From a virus: a stretch of 64,000 nucleotides of DNA. Below the pieces are notes generated by a model. It was given only the letters and a program-made list of their open reading frames with translations. It did no database searches and was not told the DNA's origin. Made by a program: the position numbers and the translations under genes. The stretch lies in IMG/VR virus record IMGVR_UViG_3300034093_000288, positions 5,454 to 69,453 of that record. The stretch is one strand, 5' to 3'. Shown here one piece after another: positions 47,363 through 59,000 of this stretch. The first letter of the stretch is position 1. Each line of letters begins with the position of its first letter.

Positions 47363-48397
47363 TCAGAATAGGTGCGTAATTCTTGCAATTTGACCCTGAG
47401 TAGGATGATGCAGAAATCCTTCAACCGCAGCCGGGGAATGCTGATATCCTTTTATGTGATGCCATGAGTCACTGCCTGACGGAGAGCGTAAAGACTCAAC
47501 TGTAACTCCAATGTAGTCCTTACTAATCTTATGATGAACGTGGTGAGTATAAACGTATCTGTGCTTTGTGTCAGCCCATTCAAGTGGAAACTCTGTAGCC
47601 ATCAATAATGGTAGGTCTTGATTCTTAGCTCCATCACCATGCGTAGTCCCGATTAGGTTTAGTCCATATTTAAAAGCCTTCCTATGCGAAATTGAGCAGT
47701 CAAAAGTAATTTGTCTACAGTCTTTAAACCACGTTCTAATAACGTCAGCAAGAAAGAACCCATGAACATAATCATGGTTTGAGGGATTGAAAGTAAAATG
47801 AACGTCAGCAACAGTAAGCAGCTTTTCAAGTATCTCAACATATAATTGTTTTGCGATTAAAAAATTAGTGTACCACATCCCATCGGTATCCTGCGGAGTA
47901 CCAGCTGTTGTTGTACGTCTTGGAGTGTCTATGTGAAGGATGTCGTTACCACCGATAAAAAGAATCTTCTCGATGTTGAATCCGCTTGTTTTATCTAAAA
48001 TGCCTTGAACGCCTTCTAAGACACGTTGTACTGCTATCTGATTGTTATACGTCTCTCCTGTCTCAAAAGAGTCGCAGAGCTTACCTATGTGTACGTCAGC
48101 AGGGTCTATGACTAATAAGTGTCCGTCTGCTGAATCCTTGCGCTCGAATAGCCCGTACTTTGGAATGTGTGCATCAATATCCTTTAAGATTGACTGACGA
48201 ATAACCTCGTAATTTACCTCCTCGTTATTCTTGAAGTTTGGGTTCTTAAAGAACAATGATGCTGTCTTTGATTTAAGCCAACCATGCTTAACATCCCCAT
48301 CGTCTAGCCCTAGCTCGTTGGATTCCCTTTTGATTGCACGGTATTGAGAAACTATCTCAAATTCCTCACGTGTAATCCTTGGACGAAATTTACTCAT
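47363..48397 (-). CDS. calcineurin-like metallophosphoesterase
   Basis: ADVHIG, GNDILH, SNHD, THGD, H(V)HH. Confidence 0.85.
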   Translation of the reverse strand: MSKFRPRITREEFEIVSQYRAIKRESNELGLDDGDVKHGWLKSKTASLFFKNPNFKNNEEVNYEVIRQSILKDIDAHIPKYGLFERKDSADGHLLVIDPADVHIGKLCDSFETGETYNNQIAVQRVLEGVQGILDKTSGFNIEKILFIGGNDILHIDTPRRTTTAGTPQDTDGMWYTNFLIAKQLYVEILEKLLTVADVHFTFNPSNHDYVHGFFLADVIRTWFKDCRQITFDCSISHRKAFKYGLNLIGTTHGDGAKNQDLPLLMATEFPLEWADTKHRYVYTHHVHHKISKDYIGVTVESLRSPSGSDSWHHIKGYQHSPAAVEGFLHHPTQGQIARITHLF

Positions 48398-48819
48398 AAA
48401 TTATATTTAGAAAACTTCAACAGCCATCTAGTTAAAAAGCCTAATGAGAATCCTATGATAAACAACCAAAGATTGGCGTTACCCTTCTTCTGAGATTTAT
48501 ACTTAGCTACCTCTATCTTTTGAATTTGACGAATTGTATCTCGTTTTAATTTATATTCTATTCTAGTTTGGAATCTTGTTTTTGGAACGAATGACGTTTT
48601 ATATTGTATCACGGTGTCCTTAGTAACAAAGTACTTCTCCCAAACAATAGAGTCGTGAACTATTACAGGAACAGAATCAATTGATGTTATCTGAATGGTA
48701 TCGCTAACTGTATCACATCGATAGCCCTTTTTAGTAGCCTTAGTTAGGTGATAGTTCACGGAACATGATGTCGCAAAAAGCGAGAGCAACACAATAAATA
48801 CGAGTGCGATTCTTTTCAT
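48394..48819 (-). CDS. lipoprotein with C-terminal TM (spanin-like)
   Basis: Lipobox ATSC, DT-rich beta repeats, C-terminal hydrophobic helix. Confidence 0.6.
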   Translation of the reverse strand: MKRIALVFIVLLSLFATSCSVNYHLTKATKKGYRCDTVSDTIQITSIDSVPVIVHDSIVWEKYFVTKDTVIQYKTSFVPKTRFQTRIEYKLKRDTIRQIQKIEVAKYKSQKKGNANLWLFIIGFSLGFLTRWLLKFSKYNL

Positions 48820-49100
48820 TACTTAAAAAATGAGCGCTTCTTATCAGCGCGATTGTTAGACTGTGACTGCATACGGGTACGGGTACGAGATTTATGCGCT
48901 ACGTCCTTACCATCTCCGTTACCGTGAGTTCCCTTCTCTCTATTTATTTTTTGTAGCTCAGCCCGATACTCTTTGCGGCTCTCTGTTGAGCTGTATTTTT
49001 TATCGTAAGCTAACTTTTTCTTTCGAGCCTCAGGGTTATCTTGGTAGTACTTAGCACTCCTTGATGTACCTGTTTTAGTTCCTGCTAATTTGTTTCTCAT
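48819..49100 (-). CDS. small basic HNH-like protein
   Basis: GDGKDVAH.......QSNNRA; start moved to ATG 49100. Confidence 0.6.
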   Translation of the reverse strand: MRNKLAGTKTGTSRSAKYYQDNPEARKKKLAYDKKYSSTESRKEYRAELQKINREKGTHGNGDGKDVAHKSRTRTRMQSQSNNRADKKRSFFK

Positions 49101-49122
49101 CTTTGATAAGGTTATAAACAAA

Positions 49123-49155
49123 GACAGTAGCCACTAATGAGCTACTGTACTTTTT
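49123..49155. terminator. hairpin terminator, possibly bidirectional
   Basis: ACAGTAGC-cactaatga-GCTACTGT with T-rich flanks. Confidence 0.6.
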
Positions 49156-49178
49156 ATTTGGTATCCATTTTGCGATTA

Positions 49179-49772
49179 TCATCTATAGACAATGTATCGT
49201 GAGAATGGTACAGACATCGTTGATGTTGATGCAGCGTTTGAAACTGCAACCATAAAGTAATTATCAACTGTTATATCTATATTGTAAGATCCATCTGCAA
49301 AAGGGCTATTAGACTCATCTGTTAAAGCCTCAGACCCAAAATCATGTCCTCTTAATACAGAGTTTTTGATATAGAATGTTCTAGAAAAAGAGGCACTTCG
49401 TGTTGAAGTACTAGTTCCTAAAGCAAAGGCCAAGTTTGTAGAGCCTGTTAAGTTATTTGATGTATTTACAAATAATCTAACTGTAGAAGAAGTTACGTTA
49501 GCATCAGTCTTTAAAAATCTTGAGACAAAATCTAAAGTACAATCATCAGTCAATGTGTTAGCAGGAATCATAACGCTAGATAATATGACAAGAGTACCTA
49601 CACCTGTTAAGGTACCACCAAGCATATCATCAAATTTAAAGGAAGATGCATTTGTTAAAGATAAAATATCAGCAATCCTAAAGTTAGCTGTAGCATTATT
49701 CGTAGAAACATTTGTTCCTATCAATATATCATTTGTTGTAGGTGCCTCTACAGAATAGTTTTGTATTTTCAT
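49179..49772 (-). CDS. structural/fibre-like protein
   Basis: Ser/Thr-rich beta protein; N-terminal D.LIGT......T.NF.I anchor-like motif. Confidence 0.7.
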   Translation of the reverse strand: MKIQNYSVEAPTTNDILIGTNVSTNNATANFRIADILSLTNASSFKFDDMLGGTLTGVGTLVILSSVMIPANTLTDDCTLDFVSRFLKTDANVTSSTVRLFVNTSNNLTGSTNLAFALGTSTSTRSASFSRTFYIKNSVLRGHDFGSEALTDESNSPFADGSYNIDITVDNYFMVAVSNAASTSTMSVPFSRYIVYR

Positions 49773-49906
49773 CTTCCTTGTCCTTTATATGACTTTTTAT
49801 AATTCTTAGAAGACTTCAACTTAGATGTCTTGCACTTTGCATGAACACCGGGTCTGCTTACTTTAACCTTTACGATTGATGTAGACTCTGATTTATTCTT
49901 CTTCAT
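49769..49906 (-). CDS. small highly basic protein (45 aa, ...RPGVHAK.K.SKLKSSKNYKKSYKGQGR)
   Basis: Not in the ORF track; ATGA-coupled to the next gene; TAAATTTG 4 nt upstream. Confidence 0.7.
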   Translation of the reverse strand: MKKNKSESTSIVKVKVSRPGVHAKCKTSKLKSSKNYKKSYKGQGR

Positions 49907-49929
49907 GTCACAAATTTACTAAATATTTG

Positions 49930-50391
49930 TTACTTGTAAGGAACGTAAGTAGTCTTGCCACCTACACGCTTAGCTACAAGGATTTGCTTGCGTTGCTTGC
50001 CGGTAGACTCATAAGATACGTGAACCCAATCAGGATTAGTATCTGTTCCAAATTCCCAAATCATTTGGTCAAAGTTTAAGTTGTCCTTGATGAAGTTAAA
50101 GATTTGAGCGTTTGTGATAGATGTACCATCCATGTCGATATCAATCGCTTCACCAGTGCAATGTTGACTAGATGCGCTGCCCCCTACGGCCTTGTTCAAA
50201 GCAGCAGAGCGGTAGCCTGATGAGATGTGAATAGGAACACCAAAGTGCTCACGGATTGGTTGGAACACGTTCTCAGCTAACTTCTTGAAGTTCTCCAAGT
50301 GCTCAGGTGTAGGCATATTAGAAATGCCTTTACGTTTTGCAGTTTCGCTACGTGTTACTTCTGCTAGTGCTAAATTTTTACTCAGTTGCAT
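49930..50391 (-). CDS. endolysin, peptidase M15A family
   Basis: SSGYRS..LN.AVGG...SQH..GEA.D, WVHVS. Confidence 0.9.
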   Translation of the reverse strand: MQLSKNLALAEVTRSETAKRKGISNMPTPEHLENFKKLAENVFQPIREHFGVPIHISSGYRSAALNKAVGGSASSQHCTGEAIDIDMDGTSITNAQIFNFIKDNLNFDQMIWEFGTDTNPDWVHVSYESTGKQRKQILVAKRVGGKTTYVPYK

Positions 50392-50632
50392 CTTTATCTT
50401 TATTTTTAAGTTTCATAATACGTCCGGCAGTTGTGATGCCAAACGCTCCCAAAGTTAGTAACATAAATCCATCAAAGATAAATTCTTTAATGACAAGTTC
50501 GTTACCAATTACACCGGTGATTACATCTGTCAATAAGACAAACACCATTGCGAAAAACGAGATGACACCAACAAAGGCCTGCTCGTTAATTTGATTATCG
50601 TCTGAGATTAACTCTCTGAAAAACTTTTTCAT
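50378..50632 (-). CDS. holin-like membrane protein
   Basis: Two TM segments, basic C-terminus, adjacent to the endolysin. Confidence 0.6.
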   Translation of the reverse strand: MKKFFRELISDDNQINEQAFVGVISFFAMVFVLLTDVITGVIGNELVIKEFIFDGFMLLTLGAFGITTAGRIMKLKNKDKDATE

Positions 50633-51183
50633 AGTTTAAAAATATTTAGTTTAGGTCTTTTTGGTTTTACTACATCGTAGTGCCAACCAACAGGCGGTTC
50701 TTTTTGTTTATTATCATCAGGGCAGTCTTCTGTTCTCTTGTAGAACATTATATCACCCGTATAGTCATCCTTTCTTACAACGTAGTCAGATAAGTCCACA
50801 GCTACTATCTCATTGTTTATGTATGAGTAGTAGATCCAAGCTCCTTCAATGGCTCTCTTTTGAAGCCACTGACGTATGGTGTCAAGCTTATCTTCACGTA
50901 CAATCTGTAGGTCAATCACGTTCTTATACTGCACAACCTGTTGGCTGTAGAACATAAGCACTGTATCTCTAACTGATATAATAGAGTCCTTTGTCTTTAC
51001 ATCGGACTTAAATCTTGCAATCCTAGCTTTCTGATTTTCGAATATTGCGTTTATTGTATCAGCCTGTGCCTTTGTTAGTATGACAACAGAGTCACCATCA
51101 ATTACCGTCTGAAGTGGGTAACGTGATTGGCTGAAACTCAAACTGCTTACCAGTAGACTGACTACGAACAATATCTTTCTCAT
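50629..51183 (-). CDS. secreted/periplasmic protein
   Basis: Sec signal peptide, coiled coil. Confidence 0.65.
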   Translation of the reverse strand: MRKILFVVSLLVSSLSFSQSRYPLQTVIDGDSVVILTKAQADTINAIFENQKARIARFKSDVKTKDSIISVRDTVLMFYSQQVVQYKNVIDLQIVREDKLDTIRQWLQKRAIEGAWIYYSYINNEIVAVDLSDYVVRKDDYTGDIMFYKRTEDCPDDNKQKEPPVGWHYDVVKPKRPKLNIFKL

Positions 51184-51457
51184 TTGCTAGTTCTTTTTTA
51201 ATATCTTTTACGACCGACTTGGTGCTGTCTAGGTCTCCTATGACCTCAGATACCATGTCTTGTAAGTTCTCTTTATCAGCTTTTAATTCGTTTACACTAT
51301 TAGTAAGCTTCTTATTAGCTGTTGTAAGCTTCTTATTTTCCCCGGTTAGCTGTATGTTATCCTCAACCACGACAACGTGACCATGTCCGCTTGAGAATAC
51401 TTGCGTTACCACAAGTATAATAAATAGAGAGCCTACAATGATGAGCTTCTTTTTCAT
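51098..51457 (-). CDS. membrane-anchored coiled-coil protein (i-spanin-like)
   Basis: N-terminal TM plus heptad repeats. Confidence 0.6.
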   Translation of the reverse strand: MKKKLIIVGSLFIILVVTQVFSSGHGHVVVVEDNIQLTGENKKLTTANKKLTNSVNELKADKENLQDMVSEVIGDLDSTKSVVKDIKKELANEKDIVRSQSTGKQFEFQPITLPTSDGN

Positions 51458-51696
51458 TTCTTACTTAAGAACATCAGAACTATCTCCTTGAGACTTTTAG
51501 AACTCTCAGTGCTCTCTGTAAGCTTGCTGTCAAGCTTCTCACGATACTCTCCCTCAAGATCATTTACCTTTGCCTTAAGATCATCCTCGCTCTGCATTAG
51601 GCGATTAAGGAACATCCAACACAGGTAGCCAAGTGCTAATACTGCGAATCCTAGGACACCATACTGCGTTAATACTTCAAATGGACCGAATGACAT
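51454..51696 (-). CDS. single-TM holin-like protein
   Basis: L.QYGVLG..VLALGY then coiled coil. Confidence 0.65.
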   Translation of the reverse strand: MSFGPFEVLTQYGVLGFAVLALGYLCWMFLNRLMQSEDDLKAKVNDLEGEYREKLDSKLTESTESSKSLKEIVLMFLSKK

Positions 51697-51830
51697 TACT
51701 TATTATCTAAATGTCTTTTGATGAATAACCATGCCACATAGCCCAATGCCAATACAACGAGACCCAATGGCCCGTACTCAGATAGCTGTGAGAATACACC
51801 GAAGTCAGGTGTTGTTGATACTGTATCCAT
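51696..51830 (-). CDS. 44-aa single-TM paralogue of the previous gene
   Basis: Not in the ORF track; FGVFSQLSEYGPLGLVVLALGYVAWLF; TAATG coupling on both sides. Confidence 0.7.
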   Translation of the reverse strand: MDTVSTTPDFGVFSQLSEYGPLGLVVLALGYVAWLFIKRHLDNK

Positions 51831-52087
51831 TATCTATTAATTATTAGTTGCTTTACTGCGTCTGATAACTCAGCTACACTTCTAGCTAAGTTTTTTATCT
51901 CTAGTTGAGTTTGCTCCTGAATGGCTTGATATTTGAGACGAGACTCCTGCTCGACAAGCTCAATCTTTCCTTTGAGTTTGCCGGCATCTTCAGTGTTCTT
52001 ACGTACATCAGAGTGAACCATCTTTAAAAAATATCCTATAATTCCGATGGCCGTAACCATACCAAACTGCACCAATTCCTGCATCAT
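51830..52087 (-). CDS. TM plus coiled-coil protein
   Basis: N-terminal hydrophobic helix. Confidence 0.7.
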   Translation of the reverse strand: MMQELVQFGMVTAIGIIGYFLKMVHSDVRKNTEDAGKLKGKIELVEQESRLKYQAIQEQTQLEIKNLARSVAELSDAVKQLIINR

Positions 52088-52503
52088 CTCCTGAAAAATC
52101 TGTAAACGAAATAAACTATAGCAAAGATAATGAAAATCGGTAAGAAGTTATTTAGCAGCAACTTCCACTTAGACGTCTTCTCATAGTACCTAATAGGCAC
52201 CTTTCTTTCAATGATTTTGTCTACAAATACAGTGTCGCATTTACCCTCTATGAAGATATCATCGCCCTTCATCCAGACCTTTACTTTTAGTTGGTCTTGC
52301 TGTAAATAAACAGTATCTAAAAGGCTATTTAATTTAACGACTGTGTCTACTCTTACCTCAGGTACAACTACTCTAAAGGTATCGATCAAAACAACTGAAT
52401 CCTGAGTCAATAGCTCAGGGTGTTTAGTAATAAGGCGTGTAAACCTTGTTTTCGGTGAACACGCCATGAGTACTAATAGTATAGGTAATAGTAGTTTATA
52501 CAT
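52084..52503 (-). CDS. lipoprotein with C-terminal TM (spanin-like)
   Basis: Lipobox LMAC, DT repeats, C-terminal TM. Confidence 0.65.
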   Translation of the reverse strand: MYKLLLPILLVLMACSPKTRFTRLITKHPELLTQDSVVLIDTFRVVVPEVRVDTVVKLNSLLDTVYLQQDQLKVKVWMKGDDIFIEGKCDTVFVDKIIERKVPIRYYEKTSKWKLLLNNFLPIFIIFAIVYFVYRFFRR

Positions 52504-52840
52504 TCGGAGTTGGAGGTGTATTCCAGGCTGGTGGAAGTGTTACAACAACAGGGTTGATTTGTAAGTCAATATTCTCTTGAAGACTTGCAGTCATAGCAGG
52601 AACATCTAACTCCGCCTCTAACCATCCAACAACTTGCTCCTCTGTAAGTTGATCGTATGGAGTAAAGTTTTCCGGATCAGGCATACCTACTGAGGCAGCG
52701 CCATAAGTTTCCGCAAAATAATCTTTTTCATCGTGAATCTCATTCCCCTGGAATCTCCAGTGAACAATGATTACAACATCGTCCATGTTCTCTTCATGAA
52801 CTCTACACTCCATAGCGGAGATCACCCAATTAGTTACCAT
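52496..52840 (-). CDS. tail-fibre-associated small protein
   Basis: W.I..M, V..VHW, F.PYDQLTEEQV.GW. Confidence 0.7.
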   Translation of the reverse strand: MVTNWVISAMECRVHEENMDDVVIIVHWRFQGNEIHDEKDYFAETYGAASVGMPDPENFTPYDQLTEEQVVGWLEAELDVPAMTASLQENIDLQINPVVVTLPPAWNTPPTPNV

Positions 52841-52970
52841 CTTCTTCCTCTGGCTTCAGTGCCTGAAGCGCTGCTAAAATAGCAGACACATCCTGCAAGT
52901 TAAACGATCCTTTTGTAGTTGCTAAGTTGATTGCATCTACTAATACTTGATAAGCTTGTTCTTTTTTCAT
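52830..52970 (-). CDS. 46-aa hypothetical protein (MKKEQAYQVL...)
   Basis: Not in the ORF track; TATATTTG at 52987-52994 upstream. Confidence 0.65.
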   Translation of the reverse strand: MKKEQAYQVLVDAINLATTKGSFNLQDVSAILAALQALKPEEEDGN

Positions 52971-53000
52971 AATTAGATTTTTTTTACAAATATAATGAAT

Positions 53001-56000
53001 TTAGTGTAATGGTACCCAAGTACTTCCGTTGTATACTGTTACTTTATTGTTAGTTGTGTCATACACAATTAATCCTGTAGCAGGTGACCCTATACTGTTC
53101 ATTTCTGAATTTGTCATTCTCGGAGGTAAGAAACCTTGCCTTCTTGATGACAAGTCCATTATAGATGATGTATCAGGAGCAGTTGTTCCAACGCCTACAC
53201 TACCGTTAGCAGCTATACGCATCATTTCAGATCCACCAATATTTATGGCAAATGGATTAGCAAATGAAAGATCTAAAGATGATACTCCTGTAGAGTTTGA
53301 GCTTAATGATAATGTCTGAGGAGTTCCAAATGCTTGGCTATGTACAAGTTTCATCGTAGTAGGCACGAATGATGTACCTACAACATGAAGTTTAACATCA
53401 GGACTAGTTGTACCTATACCAACATCCCCAGACCCAGCTACAGCTACTCTAGTTGATCCAAAAGTAGCTAAGTGAACAGAACTAAATCCTGCAACAGTTA
53501 ATATATTAGAGCTATCTCTTCTTATAAAATTAGAAGTGTTACCGAAATACAAGTAATTGTTCTCAGGTAATCTAATATCTCCAACAACATCTAATTTATA
53601 AGTTGGAGTAGTAGTACCAATACCTACATTACCATTTGTAGCAATAAACATTGCATTGGCAGTGTTGTTAGGATGGAATGCAATTGAACCATTGCTGTTG
53701 TAGATATTCAAAGAGGCATTACCACCCCATGAATTACTACCTGTACCATTCTTAAATATCTGACCACTTCCGCTGTCAGAGTATAAAGCTAACCCTGAAT
53801 AGTTAGCATCACTTGTATCACCAACTCTAATGAAAGACTGAGATGCTGATGAATTAATAAAGCTAGCAACAAATGTATCTGAACCACCGTTTACCTCTAA
53901 TCTATATCCCGGTGTAGTTGTTCCAATACCTAGTCTACCTGCGTTTGTGATGCGCATCCATTCATTAAATGATGAATAATAAGCACCGCCAAATTTTATA
54001 GCTGCATTTGTATATGTAGCAACTAGACCTGTATTGTCAGAATCCCAACCGAAATAAGCACCACCATTAATATTTCCAGCTAAAAACGTAGTTGAAATAG
54101 CTGATGAATTATTAATATGTAATTTAGCTTGAGGAGTAGTAGTACCAATACCTACGTTGCCGCCACTTGTTATGCGCATACGTTCTGCTCCACCTGTTTC
54201 AAATGCCATAGGAACATAAGAAGATGAGCCGATATATGATGAGCTTAAATATGCTGCATTTCCGTCTATACTAAATATAAATTGTTGTGTATTTGCAGTT
54301 CCATTTGTAACACCTACTAACCCATTTACTGTTAATGTTCTATTTGGCGATGTAGTACCTATACCAACGTTGCCTGATGGTACATAAAAATTAGTATTAG
54401 CTGCTATAGATACGACATTTGTAGTATATCCAGCTATTGTATCAATAAATAAATTTCCAGATTCAATATAAGTATTTCCTACAACGTGTAATTTAGCTCC
54501 AGGACTAGTAGTGCCTATACCTACGTTACCTGTTGCATAAATATCACCTCCTGAAGAAATACTAATTGCTTCAGTCGCACTTATGTAAAAACCTTGACGA
54601 GTAGTATGGACTAGTGTAGTACCTGGTGTTACTGGACTTCCTCCAAATGTTACTGATTCACTGTTAAGTGGAAAAACTTCAATATTTAAATCAGTTGATG
54701 ATCCTGCTCCTGACAGCACTTGAGCCTCTATAGAGTACGTTTCATTATTATTGCTAATCACTCGAATATTAAGCTGGCTATAAAATCCAGATGTTGTTGT
54801 GATTGAAATATCTTGGTAGTGGTTTACAAGAATTTGAGCAGTTACGTTTACTACAACATTACCAGATGTACCCTGAAACGATATATTTACAGCAGATGCA
54901 AGCGATCCTCCAGTAATTGTACAAATTGTTGTATAAGATGTTTGGCTTACATTAATTATTTGCACATAACGCGGAGCCACATTACTTGTTGTACTTACGC
55001 TACCATCTGCCATTAAGTATTGAGAAGATGTACCTCCGCTCTTTATTAATGAATTAGCTAATACATTTCCATTAACTTCTAGTTTTTGAGATGGGCTAGT
55101 AGTACCTATACCTACGTTATTCTTAAAATATGCTGCTCCACCTGTTAATATAGCAGCGTCAATATCATTCCAGTTTCCAAATGTTACACCAGTGTTCCCA
55201 GTAATATTTATTGCGCCAGATGATGCATTAAAAATATTACTACCTTGCCATGCCGAACTAAATGAGTGTATTGTTGATAGATTACTTCCTGACTGATAAA
55301 ACCTTACCGCTCCATAGCCGCTTGAAAAATTTCCATATCTTATCTGAATATTTTGATTTCCATTACTTCCGTCACCAATGCTTAAATCTCCATTGACATC
55401 TAGTCTTGCTTGAGGAATAGTTGTATTAATACCTACATTGCCATTAGCCTTAAATGTTACTGATCTTGATGTACCAGGATATAAAGTTATATCTTGTGGT
55501 GTATACCAATAAACGTATCCACCTGAATCATGATAAAATGCACTTTGACCATTAGCATTATAAAATACTAAATCGTTTCCAGTATAAGAAGTAGAACCAC
55601 CACCATTTTTAATTTCAAGTTTATTTAATGGATTATCTGTGCCAATACCTAAACTTCCTGAAGAACTTATTTCAACTAGATTAGCAGTACCTCCATTTGG
55701 TCTAAAATTAAATCCTTGACCTGTAGCTGCCATAAAATACATTCCATCAGCTGTACTTGTTGAAGCTAAAATTCTATTATTTCCATCTCCTGTATTTCCA
55801 AAAGCTACAGTTCTATACGGGTCACCATAAGTTACATCAGTGCCAATAATTACTGAATTAGCTCTAGCATTTCCGCTAACATCTAGTTTGTATCCTGGGC
55901 TACCTGTACCAATACCTACGTTATATCCATTATTAAAGATAATATTGTCTGCCGACTGTAGATATATAACAGGATTATTACCTTCATACATATATATATC

Positions 56001-59000
56001 ACTACCTGTTGCAGTTGGTACTATGGATGTTCCAAAATATGCACCTCTAAAGTATGATGCACCTCTTACGTCAAGCTTACCTATAGGAGAACTTGTCCCG
56101 ATACCTACATCCCCCGAAGCAGTGATGCGCATACGTTCAGTAGCGCTTGTTGTGATAGTTAATGGTGGGTAAGCACCGGATCTCGCATCGGCTTGTAAAT
56201 TAACTACGCCGTTGGCAGTACCTGTATTAAATTGTAAGTAGGTACCAGAGTTATCACCATTAGATAAAATTAATGGAGTGCTTCCTCCTACAATAAACAG
56301 TTTAGGACTACCGCTATATCCGCCGGCTACACTAGTAGCTCCTACTAATACATTACCTGCGCTTGTTATGCGCATTCTTTCAGCATTAGCTGTTCCAAAT
56401 ATTAATGGGTTAGATTCATAATGATAAACATATGCTGTTTGATCACTTCCTAGACCCACAAATAAACCATCACTTGTAGTTGTTCCGGTAGTACTATCTT
56501 GATATAAATGATTAGCCCCTGCTGTACCTCTTACTCTTAATTGAGGTTGACCTGATTGATAAACATCAAGGATTGCTAATGGGGTAGTAGTACCAATACC
56601 AACGTTGCCTGTAGAAGTTATCCTAACTTTTTCAGTTCCACCTGTCTCAAGGACAATGTGTCCTAATGCTGATGGCCCATAAGAACCTACTATAAGTTTC
56701 CCTAAAGAATAATTATACTCTAAATATGCAGGCGTAGAACCCCCTGCTAAATTATCACTAAAAGAAAGTAGGTTTCCTGTTAATGCAACATTTCCCGCAA
56801 CCTGTAATTTTGCCCAACTACCTAAAGCAGTTGTTGCAATACCAACATTCGTCCCATTGTCATACAACACACCTGTGCTAATGTTTGATGATGATGTCCA
56901 TCTTGCCACATAGTTAGCCGTACCTGTACCTGTGACAGGGTTAGTAATGACTGACTGATATTGTGGGATATTGAGAACACCTGTTGAGCTATTATAAGTA
57001 GCCGCTCCACTTGTTCCGCTTGTTGTTAAGCTTATTGATCCTCTAGCTCTTGCGTCAGTGAAATATAAATTGCTACCCTCAGCAATGTCATCTGTAGTTA
57101 ATGTTTGCGAGCCAATACCTAAGATATGGCCGAATTCATCAAGCATTATGTTCTGAATGACAGTACCTCTATAGTTAAATGTACCTAAAGGCGTAGACAA
57201 ATCACCCAACTCACCTAGAGTTGTAGCCAAACATCTGAATGCCTCAAAGTCACCTCCATCATCTTCAGTTCTGTTCAATAGATCTTGAGCAGTCTGAACG
57301 TCAAGGCCTTGACCAATACCGTGAGAGATTGTAATGTTGCCTGATGATGTAATAGGGCCGTCCTCAGAGACGATTCTAGGGCCTGCAGTTACGCCAATGC
57401 TAGTAACAGTACCAACGCTCCATGATCTGTCAGCAGAGAGGTCGTATGACGTGCCATTTATTGTCAACTGACGGCTTGTCGGAACATAGCCACTTAATGC
57501 CGATGAGTAGTTTGGTATATTTAAAGTACTTCCAATAAGCGTAGCCGCTCCACTTGATCCTGTAGTGGTAAGTGTTATTGCGTTCTGCTTGCTATTGAAC
57601 GTATTCCAGTCAGTTGAGCTTAAGAACCCGTTTGTTGACGCTCCTGCTTGACTAATTGAGAAAGTTTTTGTAGCACCATTAAAGCTCAAAGGAGCTGTAG
57701 TGTTTAACTGAGTGTATGCTAGGTTGCTACCATTAAAGAACACAAAGTCATTTGTAGTAGCAGCGCCTGCAATCAATCCTGCTGTAATTGTGCCTGTGTT
57801 CTGCTGTGTGAGCACAAGGCTTGTTGAAGCAATGCCATAGTTTACAGCGGCAGAAACAATTGACCTGTTATAGGCAGTTGTCCAGTTTGACTGATTAGCT
57901 GTTGTTGGTATTGAATACCCTGATTGAAGACCTAATGCAAATGTGCCTGATGATGTTATTGGAGATCCCGTAACAGTTAATCCCGTAGGGACAGTCATCG
58001 CAATGTTAGTTACAGTACCAACGTTCCAAGATCTATCTGCACTTAAGTCATATGCAGTACCGTTAATAGTTAACTGCCTAGTAGTCGGAACGGGAGTATA
58101 TCCTAATGCTGTATCAATACTCTTATTCTTCCAAAGCTGTGTAGCTGTCTCGTAAAATAAGCCCTGATTGTTTAAAGGATTGTTGATGTAAACATTATGA
58201 AGCTCATCAAGCTCCCATCCGTTCATGATCTTCACATATATCTTACCGTGATTAGCATGAGCGTACTCAACGTAACCCATTACGACAATGTGCCCTGTAG
58301 ACCCATTTGGCTTAACATTTGTCAGACCACCCGGAATGGTAGGGCTTAAGTATAATACGTCACCATCTGCCCAAGTTTCACCTTGCAATGATCCGGTTGT
58401 ATTGATATCCTCAAGATGACCAACAGTAATAATAAAGCCTTCTTGATTTGTAGCAATAGTCTCTGTAACCAAACCAATGGTGTCAGCGCTATTAGCATCG
58501 CTGTCAGCCTGAGCGTATGCTACAGCTAATCGCTGACCTTGAGCACCACTTACCCTAACAGCAGCATACCCTGCCTTTGTTAGTGTTGTATTAGGTGTGA
58601 CCTTGTTGACCACTCTAGCCACCAAGTCAACACCGTTCTTTAGTATAACGCTGCCGCCTTTTAGTGTGGTCTCGCTAGATCCAATTGTGTTGTTCCACCT
58701 AGTTGTACCTACAACAGCAGTGCCCGTAGGTGATACGTCAAGTGTCAACTGATCTGCAGTCAACCCAAACTCACCTAAGTTTACATTTTGTGTAGCACCA
58801 ATATAAGGAACATAACCACCTAATGCTGTTGAGTAGTTAGGTATATTGAGCACACCTGTAGTATTGTCATATGTTGACAAACCACCGGTGCCTAATGTTG
58901 TTAAACTTAATGCCTGACGCGAACGCAAGCTAGTAAAGTAAAGATTGGTAGCGCCCTCAGGTATGTTATCAGTCGTCAAACTGACAGCACCGGTCTGCCC

